59,143 nucleotides of DNA from an uncultured bacterium (GTDB lineage Bacteria > Zixibacteria > MSB-5A5 > JAABVY01 > JAHJOQ01), in NCBI GenBank assembly GCA_965369655.1, contig CBDUQR010000015.1:1-59143 (forward strand), written 5' to 3'. This document shows, one piece after another, positions 1-12,410 of the stretch (positions are counted from its first letter, which is position 1; every line of letters starts with the position of its first letter). A model generated the notes under the pieces. It worked only from the letters and a program-made list of their open reading frames with translations, made no database searches and had not been told where the DNA came from. A program made the position numbers and the translations under genes.

Positions 1-379
1 CGTCACTGTCGCTACTCGCGATGACGAAGACTTCGCGCTATGTCATCCCGGCGAAAGCCCTTCGCTCTACTCAGGACTTGCCGGGAACCATCCTCACGTC
101 ATTCCCGCGAAGGCCCTTCGCTTTGCTCAGGATATCACGGGAATCCAGAACCAGATTCAGAATGCGTAGATGTTATGGACTTGAAAACTCGACTGGACCC
201 CTTGCGTGTCCTGAGCATAGCGAAGGGCCTCCGCATCGGTCGCCGATCCCGATCCCCGAGGGAGGGGTGACGAACACGATATGCATGCAGGGATGAGGCA
301 TGAGATCACCATGTCGCTATCGCTCCTCGTGATGACAACAACACAGGCCCGCGCCCGAATTGGGTTCTTCAACAAGCCC
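1..379. mobile_element. MITE-like composite repeat (family A), left end outside window
   Basis: Ends GGGTTCTTCAACAAGCCC. Interior GTCATTCCCGCGAAGGC...GGGAATCCAGAACCAGATTCAGA is clearly homologous to 44518-44863. Confidence 0.75.
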
Positions 380-389
380 CTGATTCGAC

Positions 390-1241
390 ATGCCTGATCT
401 TATCACACCCGAACCGATCTGGATCGGCTCCACGGTTTTCGATTATTCCCGCACGTATGTGATAGGCATTTTGAATGTCACCTCTGATTCGTTTTCTGAT
501 GGCGGGATGTTCGCGCAGCCGGATATTGCAGTGAGACATGCTCTCGATATGATCTCACATGGCGCGGACATTATCGACATCGGTGGTGAATCGACAAGGC
601 CGGGAGCGGACCCTCTCTCTTATGATCGTGAAGTCGAGCGTGTAATCCCGGTTATCAAGAGACTGCGAGGCGAAACGGACACACCGATCTCGATAGATAC
701 ATACAAGTCGTCCGTCGCCGAGGCCGCCATCGAAGCCGGTGCTGACCTCGTCAACGATATATCCGGACTGCGGTTCGATCCGAAGATGGCGCGAACTATC
801 GCCGACCACAATGTTCCGGTTATCATCATGCACATAAAAGGCGAACCGCGTTCCATGCAGGAGAATCCTGTCTACACAGACTTAATCGGTGAGATCAGAT
901 CATACCTTGCTGACTCGATAGCGCTCGCGATCAAGGCCGGAATTTCCGCAAACAGCATCATAATCGATCCGGGGATTGGGTTCGGGAAGACATTCGATCA
1001 CAATTTCGAGATACTAAACAGCATTCAACGATTCGCCGATCTTGGGAAACCGATTCTCACAGGGGCATCGCGAAAGGCTTTCCTCGGATCGCTCGCGGGC
1101 GCCGACCCTGATGACAGACTGCCGGAATCTCTCTCAGCCGCCGTGATTGCCGCATCGCGCGGCGCACATTTCGTCCGCGTCCATGACGTCGAACTAACTG
1201 TCCGCGCGTTACGCGTCATCGACGCAGTCCGCCGGTCGTAG
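390..1241 (+). CDS. folP: dihydropteroate synthase
   Basis: GILNVTSDSFSDGG, DIGGESTRPGA, SIDTYK, DPGIGFGK, GASRK and RVHDV motifs. Confidence 0.96.
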   Translation: MPDLITPEPIWIGSTVFDYSRTYVIGILNVTSDSFSDGGMFAQPDIAVRHALDMISHGADIIDIGGESTRPGADPLSYDREVERVIPVIKRLRGETDTPISIDTYKSSVAEAAIEAGADLVNDISGLRFDPKMARTIADHNVPVIIMHIKGEPRSMQENPVYTDLIGEIRSYLADSIALAIKAGISANSIIIDPGIGFGKTFDHNFEILNSIQRFADLGKPILTGASRKAFLGSLAGADPDDRLPESLSAAVIAASRGAHFVRVHDVELTVRALRVIDAVRRS

Positions 1242-1248
1242 CCCCGTA

Positions 1249-1279
1249 GATTGTCGAAACCTTAACGGTTTCGACAATC
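1249..1279. terminator. perfect 13-bp hairpin after folP (terminator or REP-like)
   Basis: GATTGTCGAAACC-ttaac-GGTTTCGACAATC. Confidence 0.55.
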
Positions 1280-1464
1280 GCGCGAAACGCGAATCATCTT
1301 GACCAAGATAGTGTGATTGATTAACTTCGTTACGGATCAGCATCATTGAATCAGCAACGATATTGAGGGGAACGAGCAATTGTGGATGTCGAAACCACGG
1401 GGGATTTGACCAACTCGACTGGACACGTGGAGAATAATCAAATACCAATGAAGGGAGGTCAGTT

Positions 1465-1635
1465 ATGAATGCTAAGAACATTGCACTTGTAGTAATACTA
1501 AGTCTATTTGCTGGTTTTGTCGGAGGGTCAATTTCAATAGATCCGTTGTCTGCGGATCAAGAACAGGTGCTCAGACGCCTGCTATCTTCTCAGGTTCAAA
1601 CAGGTACATCATTCCAATTTATAGAGAGGATTTAG
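1465..1635 (+). CDS. small ORF (56 aa) with hydrophobic N-terminus, possibly a truncated secreted-protein gene
   Basis: GGGAGG RBS before ATG; translates MNAKNIALVVILSLFAGFVGGSISIDPLSADQ...; below the ORF-track cutoff. Confidence 0.4.
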   Translation: MNAKNIALVVILSLFAGFVGGSISIDPLSADQEQVLRRLLSSQVQTGTSFQFIERI

Positions 1636-2196
1636 CGACCAGATACGACAAATCACCAGAGGTGAATCAACAATGGGTTTTTCTACTTTAAGCAGATATT
1701 TCTTTTGATCGATTGCAAACTCAAATCCGTCTTTATCGAATTCAAGGTCAATTGTTTTTCTTGTCGGTTCGGAGGTGTTCTGGTAGTTAAAGGTTATTCT
1801 GCCAGGTTTGTGGTCTACATAATCACCACAGAAAGAGATTTCTCCTCCTTGCATCACAATCTCTCGGTCAAACTTCTTTTTCCATGAGACACCACTTGGA
1901 TGATATTGGGAGTATCGGAGTGTATCCGTGCGCCAGAGTGCAGGAATCAAGACACTGTCACACCTACTGGCCAATTCACTGAGTGAGTCATGATACATCT
2001 GTATCTGTCGTTCCAAGAGCCTAATCTCTGCGTCACAACTTGATACCGCTCCCTGCCATCCTACCCAAAAGATTGCTGCCAGAGTACCACAACATGCTAT
2101 GACTGCCCCAATAATCTTCCAAGAGCTCATGGCACCCGTCTTGTGTTCTGTTTCATCTTCACATGGAATTCGGATTTCAGCATCGTGATCACCCAT
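1609..2196 (-). CDS. hypothetical membrane-anchored protein
   Basis: One TM segment (IIGAVIACCGTLAAIFWVGW) followed by a short coiled coil; AT-richer DNA. Confidence 0.6.
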   Translation of the reverse strand: MGDHDAEIRIPCEDETEHKTGAMSSWKIIGAVIACCGTLAAIFWVGWQGAVSSCDAEIRLLERQIQMYHDSLSELASRCDSVLIPALWRTDTLRYSQYHPSGVSWKKKFDREIVMQGGEISFCGDYVDHKPGRITFNYQNTSEPTRKTIDLEFDKDGFEFAIDQKKYLLKVEKPIVDSPLVICRIWSLNPLYKLE

Positions 2197-2365
2197 TACG
2201 TTAATCGAGGCAGATCAGAATGTCAAGCGGCAAGTCGGGTACATCGAATCCCTTGTGGATTCGAAATTCTTCTCTGCCAATGGGCTGGCACCAATCACGT
2301 GTCAGTTGTCAATTGACAACTGGACCATCATTCATATCTTACGTGATCTTGAAACAGGGTACTCG

Positions 2366-2998
2366 ATGAATTCATTCTTTGGCAAACAACTCCCGGTCGC
2401 AGTCGCATTCTTCGCGGGCGTCGTGATGATTGTCGCGTTCTTCTCAGCAGATCAGACAGTCTCGAATTTCTCGCAGGGGCAGCTTGTCTGGGTAACGATC
2501 GTCGGAGGGTTCTCTCTGTTGTTGGGCGTAGCGTCGATCACACGCGTCTCACTCTCGCAAGTCAGGGAGCGCAAAAAGGGCTGGCAATACAAAGTCGTCC
2601 TGTTGGTATTCCTCGCGGCATCCTCGATAGGAGCCATAGTAGAGGGCACAGAGCGGGGAACGGTCTACGACTGGCTCTTCCAGAACATGAACTCGCCGAT
2701 GATGTCGACCATGTTCTCGCTCCTGGCATTCTATATCGCATCGGCGGCATACCGGGCATTCAGGGCAAGGACTATCGAGGCGACCATTCTCCTGATCACC
2801 GCCACGATTGTTATGCTCGGACGAGTCCCGATCGGGCAATTGATCTACGGACAACTCCCTGAGATCACCGACTGGATCATGAATTACCCTAATCTATCCG
2901 TCCAGAGAGGCATCATCATCGGCGCAGCGCTCGGAGCTGCCTCTATGTCTCTCAGGATAATTCTCGGAATCGAACGAACCTATCTCGGGAGATCGTAG
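2366..2998 (+). CDS. conserved hypothetical multi-pass membrane protein
   Basis: About 6 TM helices; YIASAAYRAFRAR and C-terminal LRIILGIERTYLG; TTGACA-N16-TATCTT at 2313-2340. Confidence 0.8.
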   Translation: MNSFFGKQLPVAVAFFAGVVMIVAFFSADQTVSNFSQGQLVWVTIVGGFSLLLGVASITRVSLSQVRERKKGWQYKVVLLVFLAASSIGAIVEGTERGTVYDWLFQNMNSPMMSTMFSLLAFYIASAAYRAFRARTIEATILLITATIVMLGRVPIGQLIYGQLPEITDWIMNYPNLSVQRGIIIGAALGAASMSLRIILGIERTYLGRS

Positions 2999-2999
2999 A

Positions 3000-3827
3000 T
3001 TGTTGTCACGACTGGCAGATGTGCTCGCGCGAATCGATCGAAGGGTAATCTACCTGCTGATCTCGATCTCTGTGATTATTCCGACCCTGATTACGTTTCC
3101 CCTGCCTGTGCCGATCTCGCCTGAGACGCAGGCGTTGTATGATAGAGTTGCGGCCATACCGGACAGCTCGACAATCCTTCTCACATTCGACTACTATCCG
3201 TCGACTCTCGCCGAAACGGAACCGATGTCGGTAGCTGCGCTCAGGCAATGCTGGCGAAAGGATTTGAAGATAGTGACTCTGTCAACGGTTGGTCTTGGTG
3301 GTCCGAGCATTGCGGATCGCGTGATGTCAACGATGGCCGATGAATTCGGCAAAGTGTACGGGATCGATTATGTGAATCTTGGTTATAAAGCCAACTACCA
3401 GGCTGTGCTGCTTGGACTCGGCATGTCGATCAGATCAATCTACCCGACCGATTTCTACGGTACTCCACTCGATTCGCTGCCCCTGATGAAAGACCTCGAC
3501 ACGTACGATGGCTTCGAGTTCATCTATATCATATCGGATAACGGCATAGTCGACAACTGGGTCGGCCTCGTAAATGCACAGTATGGCGCCGAGATGGGCG
3601 CAGGGGTGACAGCAGTGATGGCGCCGAAATTCTACGCGTATGTCAGGGCGAATCAACTCATCGGGTTGCTCGGCGGGATGAAGGGCGCGGCTGAGTATGA
3701 GCATCTGGTGGGCGTGGAAGGAGCGGCTACCTCCGGAATGGGCGCGCAGTCGCTCGTCCATATGACCATTATCGGATTAATAGTAATCGGCAACTTTGCA
3801 TACTTCGCGGGTCGCAGGAAAAAATGA
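3000..3827 (+). CDS. conserved hypothetical membrane protein with large soluble domain
   Basis: N- and C-terminal TMs; YGIDYVNLGY and GLLGGMKGAAEYE motifs; adjacent to or overlapping its neighbours. Confidence 0.8.
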   Translation: MLSRLADVLARIDRRVIYLLISISVIIPTLITFPLPVPISPETQALYDRVAAIPDSSTILLTFDYYPSTLAETEPMSVAALRQCWRKDLKIVTLSTVGLGGPSIADRVMSTMADEFGKVYGIDYVNLGYKANYQAVLLGLGMSIRSIYPTDFYGTPLDSLPLMKDLDTYDGFEFIYIISDNGIVDNWVGLVNAQYGAEMGAGVTAVMAPKFYAYVRANQLIGLLGGMKGAAEYEHLVGVEGAATSGMGAQSLVHMTIIGLIVIGNFAYFAGRRKK

Positions 3828-4468
3828 ACCACGACGTAGTACATTTTCTCGAATTGACTATCGCGGGATTCCTGACCCTGTGCATCTTCTCGTTCCTGTA
3901 TAAGGACAATCCGTTCTACCGGCTGGCGGAGCACATTTACGCCGGTCTGTCTGCCGGATACTACGTCGGTCTGATCTGGCATTCTGTCATCGTGCAGCAA
4001 CTCTGGGTTCCGATCACTCAGAACGGAGAATACAGCCTGCTTCTCCCCGGCCTGCTCGGTGCGCTGATGTTCACGAGGCTGGTCGACCGGTTGTCTTTCC
4101 TCTCCAGAGTATCCATCGCATTCGTGATCGGCAACACTGCGGGCATTACCATCATTCAGCAACTGCACGGCTATGTCCTGCCGCAGATTGGCGATACGAT
4201 CAGGGGATTCGGAGCAGGGGAATTCAATGCACTCGTCGGCTCGCTAATTATCCTGATTGGCGTCATCTCGACTCTGATCTATTTCTATTTCTCGAAAGAA
4301 CACAAGGGAGCATTCGGGGTCACCGCCAAAGTCGGTACGGTCTTCATCATGATCTCTTTCGGCGCTCACTTCGGTTACACCGTGATGGGGCGAGTTTCCC
4401 TGCTGATAGGCCGCGTGCAATTCCTGATCATCGATTGGGTCGAGGCTTTCAACAGCATGATAAATTAG
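3824..4468 (+). CDS. conserved hypothetical multi-pass membrane protein
   Basis: SFLYKDNPFYRLAEH and FGYTVMGRVSLLIGR motifs; ATGA overlap with upstream gene. Confidence 0.8.
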   Translation: MNHDVVHFLELTIAGFLTLCIFSFLYKDNPFYRLAEHIYAGLSAGYYVGLIWHSVIVQQLWVPITQNGEYSLLLPGLLGALMFTRLVDRLSFLSRVSIAFVIGNTAGITIIQQLHGYVLPQIGDTIRGFGAGEFNALVGSLIILIGVISTLIYFYFSKEHKGAFGVTAKVGTVFIMISFGAHFGYTVMGRVSLLIGRVQFLIIDWVEAFNSMIN

Positions 4469-4497
4469 TTGCGAACAGCGATCCAGGTCAATATACT
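4469..4497 (+). promoter_or_regulatory. sigma70-type promoter
   Basis: TTGCGA-N17-TATACT upstream of the nucleotidyltransferase-metK-ahcY block. Confidence 0.55.
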
Positions 4498-4530
4498 ATA
4501 AGGTTTGATTCTTGGCGGGAGAGATATGTC

Positions 4531-5511
4531 TTGAAGGTCATCATTCCAGCGGCAGGCATCGGAGCGAGGCTTCGTCCGCACACACACAGCGCGCCAAAGG
4601 CGTTGCTCTATGTTGCCGGAAAACCAATCCTCGGACATATACTCGATCAGATAATACCACTTAAACCGTCGGAAGTTGTCATTACAGTTGGGTTCCTCGG
4701 CGCCAAGGTTATCGACTATGTCGAGAAGAATTACGACATCAATGTCCGTTTCGTCCGCCAGCAGGAACTCCTCGGACTCGGCTATGCGATTTATCTCGGA
4801 ATCGATCCTGATGAAACGGATGACCTGCTCATTATCCTCGGCGACACGATTGTCGAAACCGACTGGTCATGCCTGCTAAAGTCGAATCGCAACATCATCG
4901 CAGTCAAAGAGGTCGATGATCCGAGACGGTTCGGCGTCGTGGAGACCGATGGGACTAAGATCACGAGCATAGTGGAGAAGCCGGAAGACCCCGCGTCAAA
5001 CCTGGCGGTTGTCGGCGTCTATTATATCAAAGACACTGCTATCTTCAGGGAAGCGCTCGATGAGATATATGTCAGCGGACTGCGCACGAATGGCGAGTTT
5101 CAGGTCACTGACGCGTTCGAGCTGCTGTTGCGCAAGGGCGTCGATATTCATGTCTGCCCGATCGACGGATGGTACGACTGCGGCAAACGTGAATCGCTGC
5201 TCGAAACAAACAAGCACCTGCTCGAGTCGCTTCCGGACGAAAAGAAACACGTCACAATCGAGGGATGCGTCGTCATCCCGCCGGTCTATGTCGATCCGGA
5301 CGCCAGGGTCGAGGAATCCATCATCGGCCCGAATACATCCATTGCGGCCGGTTCTTCGATCAGCAATTCAATTATCAGCAACTCGATAATATCCGCCGGA
5401 GCGCGAGTAGAAAACGCCCGGCTGACATCGTCGCTCGTAGGCAATCACGCCGTTGTCAGGGGTTCTTTCAAGATTCTGAATGTGGGCGATTCATCTGAAA
5501 TCAGCTACTGA
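4531..5511 (+). CDS. sugar-phosphate nucleotidyltransferase (glucose-1-phosphate thymidylyltransferase-like) with C-terminal hexapeptide repeats
   Basis: [17 protein letters not shown] and WYDCG motifs plus beta-helix repeats; TTG start inferred. Confidence 0.88.
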   Translation: MKVIIPAAGIGARLRPHTHSAPKALLYVAGKPILGHILDQIIPLKPSEVVITVGFLGAKVIDYVEKNYDINVRFVRQQELLGLGYAIYLGIDPDETDDLLIILGDTIVETDWSCLLKSNRNIIAVKEVDDPRRFGVVETDGTKITSIVEKPEDPASNLAVVGVYYIKDTAIFREALDEIYVSGLRTNGEFQVTDAFELLLRKGVDIHVCPIDGWYDCGKRESLLETNKHLLESLPDEKKHVTIEGCVVIPPVYVDPDARVEESIIGPNTSIAAGSSISNSIISNSIISAGARVENARLTSSLVGNHAVVRGSFKILNVGDSSEISY

Positions 5512-5558
5512 GCAAATGCAGATCGCATGGAAGGCGATCATTAGATACAGGAGGTTTT

Positions 5559-7989
<2,431 letters not shown>

Positions 7990-8121
7990 AAGAAGGACTC
8001 ATTGCCTATATGAGCTTTCAGGTGACTTCAGCAATTGTGTTGATTTGACACTGGAGGACCGATATGATAACTGTTGAGTTATGGAATATTCGGCACAAGT
8101 AAAGCCTATATAGAAGTTATT

Positions 8122-9198
8122 ATGAAACTTGATTCAATCAAAATCGAAGGCTTCAAATCGATAGAATCTCTCGACTTGAATTTGCGTAAGTTGAATGTGA
8201 TTATTGGCGCCAACGGGTCTGGCAAGTCCAATCTGCTGAACTTCTTTGACATGATGAAAGCAGCCACGGAAGGTAAATACAGTTCTTTCGTTACTACTGC
8301 AGGTGGAGCAGACAGATTGCTGCACTTCGGTCAAAAGCAGACAGACCGAATCCGGATAACAATGCATTTCGATTTGTACAGGTATATATGCGTTTTCAAA
8401 CCGAAGCATGGTGATTCGCTTTTCTTCGAAATTGAGAGAACCTACGATATATCTAAGCCTGGACCTTCCAATAGAGAAACAGTGAGACACTTACTGAGTG
8501 AGTCTATTCTCTGTGAAGCAACCGACTCTGAAGTTACGAAGAAAATTGCCGAAGCGATTAAGTCCTGGCAAGTATATCATTTCAATGATACCAGCAAGTC
8601 TTCTAAAATCAAGAAATCTGGGAATATTTCAAATAATATTTCTCTCATGCCTGATGGTTCTAATCTGGCTGCCTACCTGCTCATGCTGCGCGACACGCGG
8701 CGGGAGTATTATGACAACATCGTAGGCGTCATCCGAATGGTAGCACCATTCTTTCATGATTTTGTCCTTCGCCCGATACCCGGCAATGAGAACACGATTT
8801 TGCTTGAATGGCGACATACTGAGTCAGATGCCTTGTTCAACGCAGATTCTCTTTCGGATGGAACCCTTCGTTTCATGTGCCTCACAACTCTCCTGATGCA
8901 GCCTGAACTACCGGACACCATCCTTATTGATGAACCGGAATTAGGTCTCCATCCCTATGCAATCGTTCTGCTCGCAGACATGATGAAAAAAGCTGCACAT
9001 AGAGCACAGATCATTGTGTCCACTCAATCCGTGACACTTGTAGATCAGTTTCAGCCGCATGATCTCATTGTCGTTGATCTGGTTGATGGCAAGTCGCAAT
9101 TTACCAGGCCCTCTGAGAGTCAGGTCATTGAATGGCTGGACGACTACAGTTTAGGTGAACTGTGGGAAAAGAATATCTTTGGCGGCAGGCCGAGATGA
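8122..9198 (+). CDS. AAA_21-type ABC ATPase
   Basis: GANGSGKS Walker A, LSDGT signature, IDEPELGLHP, STQS; TTGACA promoter near 8045. Confidence 0.9.
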   Translation: MKLDSIKIEGFKSIESLDLNLRKLNVIIGANGSGKSNLLNFFDMMKAATEGKYSSFVTTAGGADRLLHFGQKQTDRIRITMHFDLYRYICVFKPKHGDSLFFEIERTYDISKPGPSNRETVRHLLSESILCEATDSEVTKKIAEAIKSWQVYHFNDTSKSSKIKKSGNISNNISLMPDGSNLAAYLLMLRDTRREYYDNIVGVIRMVAPFFHDFVLRPIPGNENTILLEWRHTESDALFNADSLSDGTLRFMCLTTLLMQPELPDTILIDEPELGLHPYAIVLLADMMKKAAHRAQIIVSTQSVTLVDQFQPHDLIVVDLVDGKSQFTRPSESQVIEWLDDYSLGELWEKNIFGGRPR

Positions 9199-9857
9199 GC
9201 CGTATTCTTATCTACATCGAAGGTTTTACAGAGGAGGGGTTTGTACAAAAAGTCCTCGCTCCTCATCTGGATTCGCTGGGCATTTTCATGATACCTATTC
9301 CCACCACGACGAAGCTTGTCAAGAATGGTCGAAACTTCAGAGGAGGTATGAGTACATACGGAAAAGCAAGACGAGATGTACTGGGTCTGACTCGTGACAC
9401 TGACGTAGTGGCCATCACGACCATGCTCGATTACTATGGATTACCAAATGATTTCCCAGGTAGAGAGAGCTTACCCGGAGGTTCATGCTTCGAGAAAGTA
9501 AGATACTTGGAAGAAGCTTTCAGAAATGATATAGATTCACAAAGATTCATTCCTTTTCTTACGCTTCACGAGTTTGAGGCATTGCTATTCTCATCACCGC
9601 GTGAATTCGATCCAATTCTTCCCGACACTGATATTTCGCGACGTATTCAAGATATTCGTAACCGGTTTTCTTCCCCTGAAGAAATTAACGACGGAAAGGA
9701 CACTCATCCAAGTCAAAGGATATTGGAACTCGAACCTTCTTATAGCAAGAGAACTGATGGCCCGCGTATCGCTGCAAGGATCGGTCTTGATACAATCCGC
9801 AAAGAGTGCACCCATTTCAACGAGTGGTTGACAAAGCTTGAGAGTTTCGCTGATTGA
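9195..9857 (+). CDS. DUF4276-family (TOPRIM-like) protein
   Basis: IEGFTEEGFV, DYYGLP, HEFEALLFS, PEEIND, CTHFNEWL; ATGA overlap with the ATPase. Confidence 0.8.
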   Translation: MSRILIYIEGFTEEGFVQKVLAPHLDSLGIFMIPIPTTTKLVKNGRNFRGGMSTYGKARRDVLGLTRDTDVVAITTMLDYYGLPNDFPGRESLPGGSCFEKVRYLEEAFRNDIDSQRFIPFLTLHEFEALLFSSPREFDPILPDTDISRRIQDIRNRFSSPEEINDGKDTHPSQRILELEPSYSKRTDGPRIAARIGLDTIRKECTHFNEWLTKLESFAD

Positions 9858-9888
9858 ACCTTCACAAGATACAAAGCTTCCCTTATTT

Positions 9889-10033
9889 CTAAGCTTTCAC
9901 TTGCAAATTCGCATATTTCGCGAGTAGTTTCTTGCGGCCAACATATTCAAACATGACGTCGATCTCGGTCGACTCTGACATACCACGCCGTGCGATGATC
10001 CTCCCGTCGCCCCATGTTGGATGCGTGACCCAC
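9889..10033 (-). pseudogene. fragment encoding the PcrA/UvrD C-terminal Tudor-like domain
   Basis: VTHPTWGDGRII...IDVMFEYVGRKKLLAKYANL matches the PcrA C-terminus; no helicase body present. Confidence 0.7.
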
Positions 10034-10078
10034 CACTTCACCCTCGATGGCCGCCTGAAGCATCCGCTGGGCACCTTC
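10034..10078 (-). pseudogene. short IS256-like transposase fragment
   Basis: EGAQRMLQAAIEGEV resembles the N-terminal helix of IS256 transposases. Confidence 0.4.
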
Positions 10079-10156
10079 CTGTCCCTCAGGATCCCATCGT
10101 CCCTCAGGATCGGGATCGGCGACCGAAAGATCGAGGTCAATGACGGGATCGGCGAC

Positions 10157-10611
10157 CGATACGAACAACTTTGAAAGCGCTTTCAGATGACGCTGGCGGA
10201 ATGATGCTATCGTGTCATGATCCGGATGCTGGTTCGCGCTCAATACACGGAATGATACCGAATCGTGAGTAGCGCGCTCAAGCTTGCGAGAACTCGGTAT
10301 CCCAACACAGTAGCCGTAAAGCAAAAGGCTGACCATCATCTCTGGATCATAAGGCGGCTGACCGCCTGCCGTACCGTTGTAATCATTATAGATCGCGCCG
10401 AGGTCAAGGCCCCGAACAACATCCATCATGAAATACGCCAGATCACCCTCCGGAAGCCATTCCTTCATATCAGGTGGTAGAAGGAACAACTGGTCCGGGT
10501 CGTATCTCCGAAAACGTGTCTTGTTATTCATACCCCCATTCTAATACTGTTCCATACTTCTTCAAATCAATTTGATGAAATCAATACCGGGGTTCTCCGA
10601 CAGACTCCTAG
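10157..10611 (-). mobile_element. truncated IS1182-family element (left end plus 5' third of the transposase)
   Basis: Q.FLLPP...WLPEGDLA, GQPPYDPEMM, SSRKLE, PDHDTIASFR; end sequence TCCGACAGACTCCTAG at 10596-10611; DDE domain missing. Confidence 0.85.
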
Positions 10612-10735
10612 GGGAGAGAGAAATAGCTGCAACAGGAAAAGAGGGTAGTTCGACCGTTGTTCAAGACCAAAACGGTTGTCGGTTGCTTGTTTCTGCTTGA
10701 CATTTGGCGCAAAATCGCTATTTTTATGCTTCGTT

Positions 10736-11002
10736 ATGGTGCGAAAAAGCAGAAAACCTGCAGTTGCAGCGCAGTCGAAAAGACAAAGCAAGGCGGATCA
10801 GCCGTTGCCATTTGGTCGCACCAATTATCTTGTGTTCGGTGCAGGGCTTCTGGCTGTGATCCTTGGATTCATAACGCTGGCGTTAGGTTCCGACACACTC
10901 GCGCCGATACTGTTGGTAGCCGGATATTGTGTGATAATACCGGTTGCGATTATCCTGCGGGATAAGGGAAAGGGCCGGAGCGAAGAGACTTCGGGCGGTT
11001 AG
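10736..11002 (+). CDS. small membrane protein (DUF3098-like)
   Basis: LPFGRTNY, two TMs, TLAPILLVAGY; TTGACA-N16-TATTTT at 10697-10724. Confidence 0.7.
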   Translation: MVRKSRKPAVAAQSKRQSKADQPLPFGRTNYLVFGAGLLAVILGFITLALGSDTLAPILLVAGYCVIIPVAIILRDKGKGRSEETSGG

Positions 11003-11067
11003 CTCAGTTGGTTTAGAGCGCCTGCCTTACAAGCAGGAGGTCACTGGTTCGATTCCAGTATCGCCCA
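10993..11067 (+). tRNA. tRNA-Val(TAC)
   Basis: Acceptor GGGCGGT/ATCGCCC, anticodon arm CCTGC-cttacaa-GCAGG, TTCGA T-loop; CCA not encoded. Confidence 0.96.
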
Positions 11068-11097
11068 GATGGATATAGATTTCGCAGACATACAGCC

Positions 11098-11172
11098 GGG
11101 GTTGTAGTTCAGTTTGGTTAGAACGCCTGCCTGTCACGCAGGAGGTCGCGAGTTCGAGTCTCGTCAACCCCG
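11098..11172 (+). tRNA. tRNA-Asp(GTC)
   Basis: Acceptor GGGGTTG/CAACCCC, anticodon arm CCTGC-ctgtcac-GCAGG. Confidence 0.96.
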
Positions 11173-12387
11173 CTTAGTAAGACGATCAGTCCCTTTGGCG
11201 AGTATGTCAAAGGGCTTTCTGTATGTGGGATAAAGAGTTCCGCGGTCGAAAGTGCAGTTCGATAGTAAGGTGTTGAGCAGTTTGCGTTGCTCTTGGCAGG
11301 ATTGCTGTAAGTACATGTCATACGCTTGGTTGGCGAGTTCTAAGATTTCCCCGCCAGTCTTGTAGTATTCGAGGTTTGCTGACTCGTGAGACTTAATTTG
11401 AAATTGGATGTTCACAAGCTCATTATTCCACTCGACGAATTTCCTCTCCCATAGTTGCTCTGGGACTTTGCCGTTCAGCTTGTCTTCGTATGCTCTGTCC
11501 ATCATGCGCTGCACACGATCATAGCGGGATCTGAGTGAGTCAATCGAGTTCCTGTGATATTCAACCTTATCTTCCTGGCTCTCAATCAGAGCCTTCTTGA
11601 TATCCTCTACCGTATCCTCATCGATATGGATCTTCTTGATGACATCAGCGAAGAGAACGGACAGTTTCTCCTCTCTGACATAGGTATTATTGCATCTCCC
11701 TTTTGCTTGTGTGCAGTGGTAATAAATGTAACTGCCCTTCTTGATCTCCGGTGTCATTGAACATCCGCACAGGTGACATTTCACAAGACCAGCAAATGCA
11801 AAACCACGTTTAGTCTCCTTCGGATGATTTGCGGCACCGAAAACGTCTTGGACCTGATCAAACAGTGTCTTTGGAATAAGCGGTTTGTGTTTTCCCAAGT
11901 ACCGTTTGCCTTTCCAAATAAACTCACCATAGTAGATCGGGTTGTTAAGAATTCGATGGATTCCTGCTTTGTTTATGGCCATTGAGTTCCGTGAGAACAA
12001 TCCTGATTCTTTGGCAAGCTCGGACAGCCTTTTCAGAGAGTATTCTCCTGTTGAATACCACTGGAAAAGCCTGACGATGAAAGACGCCTTTTGAGGATCA
12101 GGCTCGATTAGGTGAGTCTCCTTATTGGTAACATAGCCGACGGGAGTTCTCGCGGGCCAGGCACCCTGAGAAGCCTTCTCAGTTAGACCCTTCTTGACTT
12201 CCTCAGAAAGATTGTCGCAATAGTTCTTCGCCATGAGCACCATAATGCCGTGCAGGAGCTTATCAGATGATTTGGAGTCCTTGGACAGCACGAAGTTCTC
12301 TTTGACAAAATGAACTTCGACTTCGAGTTCGTCAACAGTAATCCAGTCTTTGATGTTCCTGTAAAGCCTGTCGGTTTTCTCAACCAT
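11164..12387 (-). pseudogene. large serine recombinase, N-terminally truncated
   Basis: Starts at EKTDRLYRN; recombinase domain (PVGY, LNNPIYYG), Zn ribbon (CHLC, YYHC) and coiled coil present; catalytic YxRVS segment absent; stop codon inside tRNA-Asp. Confidence 0.85.
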
Positions 12388-12410
12388 GTTCCCACATTCA
12401 TCAGCTCCGA

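Noticed and set aside
21-375. Short ORFs within MITE/REP regions (also 19936-20259, 40437-40718, 44510-44859, 50151-50430)
   Set aside because: They are translations of palindromic repeats with no RBS or protein-like features.
10078-10158. CRISPR-like short repeats
   Set aside because: Only two irregular copies of each unit, matching a dispersed repeat family; no regular spacers and no cas genes.
9947-10531. 194-aa ORF as an intact transposase
   Set aside because: Only the first ~125 aa are IS1182-like; the rest reads through repeats and unrelated fragments.
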